Positions 9,426 to 18,690 of a DNA stretch of 64,000 nt are shown here, in pieces (positions within the stretch are counted from its first letter, which is position 1; every line of letters begins with the position of its first letter). The notes beneath the pieces were generated by a model. That model searched no databases. It saw only the letters and a program-made list of their open reading frames with translations, and was not told the origin of the DNA. The position numbers were made by a program, and so were the translations under genes. Source of the DNA: Paludibacteraceae bacterium (lineage in GTDB: Bacteria > Bacteroidota > Bacteroidia > Bacteroidales > Paludibacteraceae); the NCBI GenBank assembly GCA_045612525.1, contig JAZKZF010000023.1, positions 14,097 to 78,096 on the forward strand, read 5' to 3'.

Positions 9426-10646
9426 TTATTCGTGTGTAGCGGCGAGTCCGCCCTGTGATGTTTCCTTGTATAGCGAAGGCAAGTCGTGTCCGGTTTGCTT
9501 CATAACATCCACGACGCGATCGAAGGTGACATTGTGTGTACCATCGGAGAAGGCCGCATACATATTGCTATCCAGCGCACGCGCAGCAGCAAAGGCGTTG
9601 CGTTCGATGCATGGTATCTGAACCAATCCGCAGACGGGGTCGCATGTCATACCTAAGTGGTGCTCAAGGCCCATCTCGGCCGCATATTCGATTTGCGCCA
9701 ATGTACCTCCAAAGAGTTGGTTAACCGCTGCAGAAGCCATGGCACAAGCTACGCCGACCTCACCCTGGCATCCGACCTCTGCGCCAGAGATGGAGGCATT
9801 TTCTTTAACCACATTACCAATCAATCCAGCAGTAGCTAAGGCATGTAAGATGCGCGTTTCTGAGAAGTCGCGCGAGCGCCATGTGTGGTATAGTACGGCA
9901 GGTAGTACGCCGCATGAGCCGCATGTGGGTGCAGTAACGATCTTGCCTCCCGATGCATTTTCCTCGCTGACCGCTAGTGCATAGGAGAAGACTAGTCCTC
10001 GTGTGCGTAGGTTGTCCTTGTATGCAGCCACCTTGATATAATAGCTAGCGGCTTTGCGACGCAGGTGCAGTGGGCCAGGCAATACGCCCTCGTGGTCCAA
10101 TCCACGCTCAACTGCCTCACGCATCACTTGCCATACCTCACGGAGGTACTCCCATATCTCTTTGCCCTCGTAATGCTCTACATACTCCCAATAATCCCAT
10201 CCCATCTTATCGCAATATTCCTTGATATCGGATAGGCGTTTAAGCGGGTAGATGGCTGTGGACGCTTGAGGCGAGAGGTTAGAGGCGAGAAGGCTAAGAT
10301 GGGATGAATTAGGATCTTCGGCCAGCGCACCTCCTCCGACTGAATATACGATCCAATCGGCAAGCGATTGCCCTACTCCATCCGATGCGCAGAAACGCAT
10401 GCCATTGGGATGGTAAGGGAGGAAATCGTCGTGCCACACGATCTCAGCTGTGGGTAGTACGTCAAGAATAGCGGCATCAGTAAGGTGGCCTTTGCCAGTG
10501 GCCGATAGGCTGCCATATAGATGCACTTGATATTGTGCAGCATTGGGACAATGCTCACGGAAGATTTCAGCTGCCTTACGGGGGCCCATGGTGTGGCTGC
10601 TGCTAGGACCATAACCTATGCGGAAAATTTCGCGAATGGTATTCAT
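9426..10646 (-). CDS. sdaA: L-serine ammonia-lyase (iron-sulfur dependent, single chain)
   Basis: It has GYGPSSSHTMGP and alpha-domain motifs. I trimmed the start to MNTIREIF (10646) because a TACCTTTG promoter box lies inside the longer ORF. Confidence 0.9.
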   Translation of the reverse strand: MNTIREIFRIGYGPSSSHTMGPRKAAEIFREHCPNAAQYQVHLYGSLSATGKGHLTDAAILDVLPTAEIVWHDDFLPYHPNGMRFCASDGVGQSLADWIVYSVGGGALAEDPNSSHLSLLASNLSPQASTAIYPLKRLSDIKEYCDKMGWDYWEYVEHYEGKEIWEYLREVWQVMREAVERGLDHEGVLPGPLHLRRKAASYYIKVAAYKDNLRTRGLVFSYALAVSEENASGGKIVTAPTCGSCGVLPAVLYHTWRSRDFSETRILHALATAGLIGNVVKENASISGAEVGCQGEVGVACAMASAAVNQLFGGTLAQIEYAAEMGLEHHLGMTCDPVCGLVQIPCIERNAFAAARALDSNMYAAFSDGTHNVTFDRVVDVMKQTGHDLPSLYKETSQGGLAATHE

Positions 10647-10684
10647 TGGTAGGTAATGAGTTTTGGAATAAAAAAATAACAGCA

Positions 10685-10692
10685 CAAAGGTA
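10685..10692 (-). promoter_or_regulatory. -7 promoter box TACCTTTG for sdaA
   Basis: The plus strand reads CAAAGGTA, about 40 nt upstream of the chosen start. Confidence 0.55.
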
Positions 10693-10775
10693 GTGCTTTT
10701 TTCTGAATTCTCCAAACAAATGTTTCAAAATTGCATTATAAGATAAAAATTCTTGCATATCTCATAAAATTATCG

Positions 10776-10783
10776 TAACTTTG
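10776..10783 (+). promoter_or_regulatory. -7 promoter box TAACTTTG for the PBP1A gene
   Basis: An exact TAnnTTTG match lies 31 nt upstream of the ATG at 10814. Confidence 0.55.
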
Positions 10784-10813
10784 CACCCAAATATTCGTTA
10801 GTTATTAAGTGTT

Positions 10814-13081
10814 ATGGATAATAAAAGCTTTAAGAAGAAGTTCGCCATTTGGTTTTGGAGTATTGTGGTAGCAGGAATTGGTGCGATTGTGTTGCTATTT
10901 TGGTTGATAACCAAAGGTTGGTTGGGTTATTTGCCTCCATTGGATGAGTTGCAAAACCCTAAGAATAAGTATGCCACCGAGGTAATATCTAGCGATATGC
11001 AATTGTTGGGTAGGTATTACCGCAATGAGAATCGTGTGAGCGTGGATTATGCAGATATCTCTCCCAATATGATCAATGCGCTGATTGCGACTGAGGATGT
11101 GCGCTATTATGACCATACTGGTGTGGATTTCAAATCGCTAATGCGTGCAGTGATGAAATTGGGCAAGGCCGGTGGTGGTAGTACCATTACCCAGCAGTTG
11201 GCCAAGCAGTTGTGGTCTCCCCGTGCGAACAATATCTTTGAGCGTGCGCTGCAAAAGCCGATTGAATGGGTGATAGCAACTAAGTTAGAGCGGTTGTACT
11301 CGAAGGAAGAGATACTGACAATGTATTTGAATCAGTTTGATTTTTTGTACAATGCAGTAGGTATTAAGTCAGCCGCTCAAGTGTATTTCAGTACGACTCC
11401 TGCCGAGCTGACGATAGAGCAGTCTGCGATGCTAGTAGGTATGTGTAAGAATCCTGCTCTGTATAACCCTCGTCGTAGGCCAGAGCGTGCGCTGAGCCGC
11501 CGTAACACGGTACTGAGTCAGATGTACAAGTACGATTATATCACGGAGCAAGTGTATGACTCGCTGAAGGTGCTACCAATTGATTTGAAATATCAGTCGG
11601 TGGATCATAAGCAGGGTTTAGCCCCTTATTTCCGTGAATACTTGCGCCAAGTGTTGACAGCCAAAGAGCCGAAGAAGAGCAACTACTCGGAGTGGAATAT
11701 GCTGCAATACGATATTGACAAACGCCAATGGGATGAGAATCCACTATATGGTTTCTGTAACAAGAATCACAAGCCAGATGGCACGCCCTATGACCTATAT
11801 CAAGATGGTTTGCGTGTGTATACTACGATTGACTCACGTATGCAACAATATGCAGAGGAGGCAGTAAGCGAGCATATGCAGGAGTTGCAAAAGAGTTTCT
11901 TCCGTGAGAAACGCAACAAATCGTATGCGCCCTTCTCTCAGGATTTGACTCCTGAAGATATTGATGGTATCATGAATCGTTCGATGCGTCAGACCGACCG
12001 TTATCGTGGACTGAAGCAGCAAGGATTGAGCGAGGCGGATATTAAGAAATCGTTTAAGACACCAGTGGCGATGCGTGTATTCTCATACAATGGTCTGATA
12101 GACACGGTGATGACACCAATGGATTCGATCAAGTGGAACAAGCATTTTCTGCGTTGTGGTTTTATGTCGATGGATGCGCATTCGGGTGCCGTGAAAGCGT
12201 ATGTGGGAGGTCCGAACTTTGCTCATTTTCAATACGATATGGTAACGTCTGGTCGTCGTCAGGTGGGTTCTACGATAAAGCCGTATCTATTTACGCTGGC
12301 GATGGATGAGGGCATGTGGCCATGCGATAGTACGGTGAATGACTCCATCACATTGGTGGATGCCAATGGTGTGGCGTGGACTCCTCGTGATGACCACCAT
12401 GCTAACCAATACGAGATGGTAACGCTGAACTGGGGTTTGGAGAAGTCTAGCAACTGGATTACGGCGTATCTGATGTCGCTATTTACGCCAGAGCAGTTGG
12501 TGCGTATGATGCGTTCGTTTGGTATAGAAGGTCAATTGGACCCAGTGGTGAGTTTGTGTCTCGGTCCGTGCGAAGTGAGCGTCAAGGAGATGGTGGATGC
12601 TTATACGACGTTCCCGAACAAGGGTATTCGTGTAGAGCCACTATATGTGACGCGTATCGAGGATAATAATGGAAATATCCTGGCTACCTTCACGCCTAAG
12701 ACTTATGAGATTATCAGCGAGACGACATCGTATAAGATGATCTATATGCTGCGCAATGTGATGGATCATGGTACGGGTGTGCGTGCTCGTTTCCGCTATG
12801 GTCTGAAGGCTCCGATGGGTGGTAAGACGGGTACATCGCAAAACCACTCGGATGGATGGTTTGTAGGTTTCACTCCATCGTTGGTGAGTGGTGTGTGGGT
12901 AGGTGGTGAAGACCGCAGTATCCACTTTGATAATATGGCCGCAGGACAAGGTGCTAATATGGCACTACCAATATGGTCTATCTATATGCAAAAGATATAT
13001 GCTGACGAGGAGTTGGGATATAGCGTAGAGGAGCAATTTGATGTTCCAGAGTGGTTTGACGCAGAGGCGGGGTGCAAGTGA
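10814..13081 (+). CDS. mrcA: penicillin-binding protein 1A (bifunctional transglycosylase/transpeptidase)
   Basis: 755 aa with an N-terminal TM anchor. GT51 motifs EDVRYYDHTGVD and GGSTITQQLAK are present, together with transpeptidase motifs STIKP and KTGTS. Confidence 0.9.
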   Translation: MDNKSFKKKFAIWFWSIVVAGIGAIVLLFWLITKGWLGYLPPLDELQNPKNKYATEVISSDMQLLGRYYRNENRVSVDYADISPNMINALIATEDVRYYDHTGVDFKSLMRAVMKLGKAGGGSTITQQLAKQLWSPRANNIFERALQKPIEWVIATKLERLYSKEEILTMYLNQFDFLYNAVGIKSAAQVYFSTTPAELTIEQSAMLVGMCKNPALYNPRRRPERALSRRNTVLSQMYKYDYITEQVYDSLKVLPIDLKYQSVDHKQGLAPYFREYLRQVLTAKEPKKSNYSEWNMLQYDIDKRQWDENPLYGFCNKNHKPDGTPYDLYQDGLRVYTTIDSRMQQYAEEAVSEHMQELQKSFFREKRNKSYAPFSQDLTPEDIDGIMNRSMRQTDRYRGLKQQGLSEADIKKSFKTPVAMRVFSYNGLIDTVMTPMDSIKWNKHFLRCGFMSMDAHSGAVKAYVGGPNFAHFQYDMVTSGRRQVGSTIKPYLFTLAMDEGMWPCDSTVNDSITLVDANGVAWTPRDDHHANQYEMVTLNWGLEKSSNWITAYLMSLFTPEQLVRMMRSFGIEGQLDPVVSLCLGPCEVSVKEMVDAYTTFPNKGIRVEPLYVTRIEDNNGNILATFTPKTYEIISETTSYKMIYMLRNVMDHGTGVRARFRYGLKAPMGGKTGTSQNHSDGWFVGFTPSLVSGVWVGGEDRSIHFDNMAAGQGANMALPIWSIYMQKIYADEELGYSVEEQFDVPEWFDAEAGCK

Positions 13082-13107
13082 GACCGCTGCGCTGGTAGAG
13101 GTTAGAG
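13082..13107 (+). repeat. mini element CCGCTGCGCTGG + GTAGAGGTTAGAG filling the stop-to-start spacer
   Basis: It shares CGCTGCGCT with the 45.1 kb element and the GGTTAGAG unit with the 16.0 kb array. It ends directly at the ATG at 13108. Confidence 0.5.
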
Positions 13108-15123
13108 ATGAAATTATATCTTCGATACATACTGATATGTCTTGGTAGTTGGCTCATATCGATGGGTACTGCTTCCGCCCAACTGAATACCGACCGCATA
13201 ACTGCGATTGGACGTAATGCGTTGTACTTTGACGACTATGTGCTGAGTATCCAATACTTTAACCAAGTGATCAAACTCAAGCCCTACCTAAGCGAACCCT
13301 ACCTACTCCGTGCGATTGCCAAGATACAATTGGGTGACTATATGGGCGCGGAACTGGATTGTAACGCCTCCATCGAGCGTAATCCATTTCAGCCAGGTGC
13401 GTACTATACCCGTGGATATATTTACCGCCAAACCAATCAATTGGAGAAAGCCGAAGAAGACTTTAATCAGGCATTGGTTTTCGCCCCAGAGAATCGCACG
13501 TATATCGCTATGCGAGCAGATGTGTTGGCGGAGATGGAGGAATATGACTTGGCGTTGCAGGACATCAATCACCTGATTCATCGTGATCCTCAATCGGCCT
13601 CACTGCACTTTGAGAAAGGTAGTATATGCCTACGTAGCAACGATACAGTATGCGCATTGGAAGCATTTGGTAAAGCTACAGCGTACGACTCTCAAAACCC
13701 TGCTAACTGGTCGGCACTGGGATTGGTGCAACTGATGTTGGATGAGCAAGATGAGGCTCTGGCATCGCTAAGCAAATCTATCGAACAGGGTAGCAAATGG
13801 GCTGGCGACTATATCAATAGAGGTATCATCTACTATCGCAAACATAACTATCGCAGTGCCTTGGCAGACTATGATAAGGCCGTAGCACTCTCGCCTCGTG
13901 ATGCGCAATGCTACTACAATCGTGGTGTGCTGCGCCAAGAGTTGGGCGACTATAATCGTGCATTGGAGGACTTTACACAAGCAATCAACTTTGCGCCAGA
14001 TCGAATAGAACTATACTACCAACGCGGTATGGTACAACTGCAATTGCGTCAATGGCAGGATGCGCTCAACGACTTTCATATCATCATGGCGCGTTATCCC
14101 TATTTCTTACCTGCATACTACCTCGCTGCTCAAGCAGAGACATCGCTAGGCAATGGAAAGGAAGCATATCAACTGCGCCAACAAGCATATCATCTAGAGC
14201 AGCATAAAGATAGTATCCAATCGCTACAAACAAATATGCAATTGGCAGATAATCAACCACAACAGCGTGACCGTAGGAAAGAGTTTTCTGCTTTGGCGGC
14301 ACAAAACCAAGAGTCGAACGAGGAAGAGAATAAATACGATAGTGACACGCGTGGAACGGTGCAAAAACGCTATACTGATGTGGTGAATGAGCCAAATATA
14401 TTCCTCTCGTATTACGCAACCAACAGCAATGCCAATTCGCTACGCCAGACGAATTACTCACATGCAACAGTGGATGCCTATAACCGCACGATGCAGTTGC
14501 CCGCACCATTGCGCTTTACCACGCAGGAGATGACGCTGACAGCGGATATGGTGAATCAACACTTTGCCCAGATCAGTAATCTGTCTCATCAAATTGACCT
14601 ACTTGAGCAGATAGCACGCCCACAGAAGGAAAGCAATACAGAATTGTGCGCTGCGTATATTGCCCGTGCATTTGAGTTTGCATTGGTGCAAGACTATTCT
14701 TCGGCATTGGATGATGTGACCCGTGCTATATTGCAGGATGGCAGGCTATACTTCGCATATTTCTGCCGAGCAAACTGGCGGTATAAATTGTTGGAATACA
14801 AGCGTGCGATGGGCGAGACGACAGACAAGGCTGACTTTGAATTGATGATGCGTGACTATGATTACGTGATTAACCACCTACCCGACTTCTCGTTTGCCTA
14901 CTACAACAAAGCCAATATGCTCTGTATCCAACAAGATTTCAAGGCGGCGATATCCTATTACACGCAAGCGATTGCTACAGATAGCGACTTTGCTGAGGCA
15001 TACTTTAATCGAGGGTTGACCTATATCTATATAGGCGAAAATGATAAAGGCATAGCCGACCTCAGTAAGGCTGGCGAATTAGGAATATATCAAGCATATA
15101 ACTTAATCACACGCTTCCAATGA
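13108..15123 (+). CDS. tetratricopeptide (TPR) repeat protein, secreted/periplasmic
   Basis: 671 aa with a signal peptide. Many 34-aa TPR-like repeats (..A..Y..RG..Y...G.Y..A..D...A) occur at both ends. Confidence 0.75.
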   Translation: MKLYLRYILICLGSWLISMGTASAQLNTDRITAIGRNALYFDDYVLSIQYFNQVIKLKPYLSEPYLLRAIAKIQLGDYMGAELDCNASIERNPFQPGAYYTRGYIYRQTNQLEKAEEDFNQALVFAPENRTYIAMRADVLAEMEEYDLALQDINHLIHRDPQSASLHFEKGSICLRSNDTVCALEAFGKATAYDSQNPANWSALGLVQLMLDEQDEALASLSKSIEQGSKWAGDYINRGIIYYRKHNYRSALADYDKAVALSPRDAQCYYNRGVLRQELGDYNRALEDFTQAINFAPDRIELYYQRGMVQLQLRQWQDALNDFHIIMARYPYFLPAYYLAAQAETSLGNGKEAYQLRQQAYHLEQHKDSIQSLQTNMQLADNQPQQRDRRKEFSALAAQNQESNEEENKYDSDTRGTVQKRYTDVVNEPNIFLSYYATNSNANSLRQTNYSHATVDAYNRTMQLPAPLRFTTQEMTLTADMVNQHFAQISNLSHQIDLLEQIARPQKESNTELCAAYIARAFEFALVQDYSSALDDVTRAILQDGRLYFAYFCRANWRYKLLEYKRAMGETTDKADFELMMRDYDYVINHLPDFSFAYYNKANMLCIQQDFKAAISYYTQAIATDSDFAEAYFNRGLTYIYIGENDKGIADLSKAGELGIYQAYNLITRFQ

Positions 15124-16037
15124 TGATAAGAACAAGGAATAAGGAACAAGGAGTAAAGACAGCTAGACGAATAATTCTTATTTGTCTTGTTTCTTGGTTC
15201 TTGACTCCTGTATCTATCATGAGTCAAGTGTTATACCGCATATCGGGTAACTCGGCGCTCGCACCATCGTATATATTGGCCACCAATCGGATGGTGGATA
15301 TGCGGTTTATTGATACCATCCCGAATGCATTTAAGTGCTTTGCTGAGTGCGACAAAGTGATTACCGAATTTGCGATGCAAGACTACGAGGCGATAGCCGC
15401 CTTGCGTCAGGCAGCCCTCCTACCCGACTCAGTAAGATTGCGCAATTTTTATAGCGATGAGCAATATCAGGAGATAGACGAGAGTCTTCGCATTAATCTG
15501 GGTATGGGTTTGGACAAATTAGGTAGGATGAAACCTTCGTATTTGGCAGAGATGTATCGCAATGAATTGATGAAACGTTGGCTGAACTATGATGAAGAAT
15601 GTACGATGGAGACATTCTTTGAGAAGGTGGCTTTGCAAACGGATATACCGGTATTGGGATTGGATGATGTGGGCGAGACGATGTATATGCTATTTGACCG
15701 TGAGCCATTTCATTGGCAATGCGATGAACTACTGAAAGTGATAGAATATCCTGAGAAAGAAGTGCGTTTTGAACGCCAATTGGTGGAGATGTACAAATAT
15801 GGTCGTTTGGCTGATATGGCATATTTTGTGAAAGGACCTGACAACCAGACATCGCTATCGTACTCTGATTATCAGGTGTTTGCTAAACGTAATAAAGTAT
15901 GGGTGAAACGACTAACACCCTATTTGAAAGAGGGTAAAGCATTTATCACACTGAATGCCATCTATCTAGGAGGAGATGATGGATTGTTGGCGCAACTGAA
16001 AGCCGCAGGGTATCGAGTGAAGGCGGTGAATAAGTAG
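15120..16037 (+). CDS. TraB/GumN-like family protein (divergent)
   Basis: 305 aa. LYRISGN..APSYILATNRM aligns with the family motif LW.I....S.YLFGT.H, but the G and H positions are replaced. There is a 4-nt overlap with the TPR gene. Confidence 0.5.
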   Translation: MMIRTRNKEQGVKTARRIILICLVSWFLTPVSIMSQVLYRISGNSALAPSYILATNRMVDMRFIDTIPNAFKCFAECDKVITEFAMQDYEAIAALRQAALLPDSVRLRNFYSDEQYQEIDESLRINLGMGLDKLGRMKPSYLAEMYRNELMKRWLNYDEECTMETFFEKVALQTDIPVLGLDDVGETMYMLFDREPFHWQCDELLKVIEYPEKEVRFERQLVEMYKYGRLADMAYFVKGPDNQTSLSYSDYQVFAKRNKVWVKRLTPYLKEGKAFITLNAIYLGGDDGLLAQLKAAGYRVKAVNK

Positions 16038-16124
16038 GTTATAGGTTAGAGGTTAAAGGTTAAAGGTTAGAGGTTAAAGGTTAGAGGCAAGAGGTTAGAG
16101 GTTAGAGGTTAGAGGCGAGAGGTT
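16038..16124 (+). repeat. 12 tandem heptamers (GTTATAG, GTTAGAG, GTTAAAG, GCAAGAG, GCGAGAG) plus GTT, filling the whole spacer
   Basis: Counted base by base from the TAG stop (16035-16037) to the ATG (16125). The terminal GAGGTTATG junction matches the one at 7357-7367. Confidence 0.95.
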
Positions 16125-17189
16125 ATGGGTAAGATAGGTTCGTTCTTCAATCGCAATGCGTTGTCATTGGCCATGCTAGTAGGTGTGGTGGGTTGTTCTG
16201 TGTTTAGACATCTGACGTGGATGTTACCACCACTGATATTCCTAATGCTGTTCTTTACCTTCTGCAAGATTAATCCGCTTGATTTGAGATTGAGGAGATG
16301 GCATTGTGTAGTATTGTTGACGCAATTGCTACTGGGGATAGGACTATATTATGGACTACAAGTAATCGGCAATGAGGTGATAAGGCGATTAGGTGAAGGG
16401 GTGATAGGAGGAAACGATATTGCTATTATCTCACAGGGATTGATGCTGTGTGTGCTGATGCCAACGGCTACTGCGGCACCAATCATAGCTGGTAAACTAG
16501 GGGGAAGTATTCAAAATTTGACCTCATTCACGCTGTTAAGCAATATCGCTACGGCGATTATTGTGCCCGTATTCTTTCCGATAGTCAATCCGAGTGCGGG
16601 TATCGAGTTTGATGTTGCATGCTGGATGATACTCAAGAAGATTAGTCCACTATTGCTGGGACCATTCTTTGCAGCGTGGTTGTTGCGGATTGGCTATAAT
16701 GCATATCATCGCCATAAAGGTACGGGCAAGACATTTACCTTGTCTGCAAAATGGGCACCGATGCCATTCTACGTATGGGTAGTGACGCTGATTATCCTGA
16801 TGGCAGATTTGACCTATACTCTGATTCATCAGGAGTATAGCTACTGGACAATAGGTATCTTATGCGTGGGTTCGATAGGAACGTGTCTGTTGCAGTTTGG
16901 ATTGGGTCGCAGGATTGGTTTGCGTTTTCCTGCCACGACCAAGGGTGAGGATTATCATGATGTGCTTATCAATCCAGCTGCAGCGAATTATAGTATGGAA
17001 CAGGTGAGTCGTATCACAGCGGGGCAAGCCTTTGGACAGAAGAACACTACCCTAGCCATCTGGATGGCTCAAGCGTATCTCGTGCCTGTAGCATCGATGG
17101 CCCCTGCCGCCTATATCATTTGGCAGAATCTATTTAACTCGATTCAACTGAGTAGAGAAGGACGAAAAGCAAACAAAAAAGGAGCGTGA
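16125..17189 (+). CDS. bile acid:sodium symporter (BASS/SBF)-like membrane transporter
   Basis: 354 aa and polytopic. The segments MPTATAAPIIAGKLGG...LLSNIATAIIVP and GQKNTTLAIWMA resemble BASS core motifs. Confidence 0.55.
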   Translation: MGKIGSFFNRNALSLAMLVGVVGCSVFRHLTWMLPPLIFLMLFFTFCKINPLDLRLRRWHCVVLLTQLLLGIGLYYGLQVIGNEVIRRLGEGVIGGNDIAIISQGLMLCVLMPTATAAPIIAGKLGGSIQNLTSFTLLSNIATAIIVPVFFPIVNPSAGIEFDVACWMILKKISPLLLGPFFAAWLLRIGYNAYHRHKGTGKTFTLSAKWAPMPFYVWVVTLIILMADLTYTLIHQEYSYWTIGILCVGSIGTCLLQFGLGRRIGLRFPATTKGEDYHDVLINPAAANYSMEQVSRITAGQAFGQKNTTLAIWMAQAYLVPVASMAPAAYIIWQNLFNSIQLSREGRKANKKGA

Positions 17190-17201
17190 TGCTCCTTTTT
17201 T
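17177..17201 (+). terminator. intrinsic terminator overlapping the stop codon
   Basis: The stem is GGAGC-GTGAT-GCTCC with the TGA stop in the loop. An A-run precedes it and TTTTTTAT follows. Confidence 0.65.
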
Positions 17202-17204
17202 ATT

Positions 17205-17429
17205 GGTGTAAGGTGGAAGGTGAAAGGTGAAAGGTGAAAGGTGAAAGGTGAAAAGTGTATGGTGGATGGTGTATGGTGTAAGGTGTAAAGTGTAAAGGCG
17301 GGGCGGCTGAGCCGCAATTTCTGGGACTTTAATCTATAAACTATTATAACCTCTAACCTTTAACCTATTATAAACTATAACCTCTAGTCTTTAACCAATA
17401 ACCTATTATAACCTTTAACCTATAACCTA
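17205..17429. repeat. composite element: 13 GGTGnAn heptamers / GC core hairpin / inverted GTTAnAG-type array
   Basis: The left arm is 17205-17295. The core AAAGGCGGGGCGGCTGAGCCGCA is 17294-17316. The right arm is 17331-17429 and reads TAGGTTATAGGTTAAAGG.. on the minus strand, starting at the aminotransferase stop codon. Confidence 0.9.
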
Positions 17430-18632
17430 AACTAACTTAGCCAATGCCTCTTTCATGCGGCGCATAGCCTCGATGATAAGGTCTTCGCTGGTGGCATAGG
17501 AGAAGCGAATGCAGTTGTCTTCGCCAAAAGCACTACCTGATACGCATGCCACGTGTGCCTCTTGCAAGAGGTAGGTGACCAACTCATCGGCGTTGTGGAT
17601 GGTTTGTCCGTTGTATTGCTTACCAAAGAAGGCCGTGATATCAGGGAAGAGGTAGAATGCACCTTGTGGCTCAAGCACCTTCATACCAGGGATATCCTTA
17701 GCAAGTCCTACGATCAAGTTGCGACGACGATGGAAGGCTTGACGCATTTCCTCAACGCAGGCTTGTGGACCTGTGTATGCAGCTTCTGCAGCTTTTTGCG
17801 CGATGGTAGTGGCACAGCTGATGACTTGTCCTTGCAAGCGTTTCACTGCAGTAATCAAGTCTTTGTCATGGCTTGCCAACCATCCGATACGATAACCAGT
17901 CATGGCATAAGCTTTGCTGACACCATTGATGATAACGAGGCGGTCTTCGAGCTCAGGGAACTGTGCTAAGGTCTCGTGCTTGCCAGTATAGAGAATGTGT
18001 TGGTAAATCTCGTCAGCGAGCACAACCACTTGTGGGTGACGCTTGAGTACTTCTACTAATGCCTTGAGGTTGTCCAAAGTGTAAACGGAGCCTGTAGGGT
18101 TGTTAGGAGAGCAGAGCATTAGGAGTTTGGTAGCAGGAGTGATGGCAGCCTCGAGTTGCTCGGCAGTGAGGCAGAAATTGTTGTCCATCGTTGTTTTGAC
18201 GAGCACGCTCTTGCCTTGGGCAATCTTCACCATCTCTACATAACTTACCCAGCATGGTGTAGGCATGATGACCTCATCGCCGGGGCCAATCAATGCTTCG
18301 ATAGCATTGCAGATGGCTTGCTTAGCACCTACTGATACAACTATCTCGTTGGCATTGTATGGGCGCACAGGGTAATCCTTGATATCACGATTGAGTGTGT
18401 CGGCTATTGCTTGACGCAAAGCTGGGAAACCAGGTGTAGGACCATAATGTGAGATATCGTTGTTGATGGCATCAATAGCGGCTTGCTTGACATGTGCAGG
18501 AGCAGGGAAATCAGGTTCGCCCAATGAAAGACCAATCACATCTACTCCTTCGGCACGGAGTTGTTGGCACAAAGCAGCCACTTGCAAAGTAGCTGATTCT
18601 TCAAGTGCTGCAATACGTTGTGAAATCTGCAT
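17427..18632 (-). CDS. pyridoxal-phosphate-dependent aminotransferase (aspartate aminotransferase-like, class I)
   Basis: 401 aa with motifs NNPTGSVY and SKAYAMTGYRIGW (PLP lysine). Confidence 0.88.
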   Translation of the reverse strand: MQISQRIAALEESATLQVAALCQQLRAEGVDVIGLSLGEPDFPAPAHVKQAAIDAINNDISHYGPTPGFPALRQAIADTLNRDIKDYPVRPYNANEIVVSVGAKQAICNAIEALIGPGDEVIMPTPCWVSYVEMVKIAQGKSVLVKTTMDNNFCLTAEQLEAAITPATKLLMLCSPNNPTGSVYTLDNLKALVEVLKRHPQVVVLADEIYQHILYTGKHETLAQFPELEDRLVIINGVSKAYAMTGYRIGWLASHDKDLITAVKRLQGQVISCATTIAQKAAEAAYTGPQACVEEMRQAFHRRRNLIVGLAKDIPGMKVLEPQGAFYLFPDITAFFGKQYNGQTIHNADELVTYLLQEAHVACVSGSAFGEDNCIRFSYATSEDLIIEAMRRMKEALAKLV

Positions 18633-18682
18633 AAGTTGAGTGATGAATTATAAGTTATGAATTATGAGTTCTATTTTGGGTG

Positions 18683-18690
18683 CAAAGGTA
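18683..18690 (-). promoter_or_regulatory. -7 promoter box TACCTTTG for the aminotransferase gene
   Basis: The plus strand reads CAAAGGTA, about 50 nt upstream of the start at 18632. Confidence 0.55.

Noticed and set aside
9426-10715. Longer N-terminal extensions given by the ORF track (also 21841-25281, 29804-31711, 39647-40324, 40243-41040, 42721-43992, 55465-56094, 60114-60683)
   Set aside because: For sdaA and cdd, a TAnnTTTG promoter box falls inside the extension. For the rest, the extension overlaps the upstream gene or precedes a canonical family N-terminus or signal peptide. An internal Met was chosen in each case, and exact starts remain unverified.
16038-16124. Telomere-like reading of GGTTAG-containing units
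   Set aside because: The unit is the heptamer GTTAGAG/GTTAAAG, with only GG runs, in a bacterial intergenic context. The resemblance to TTAGGG repeats is superficial.
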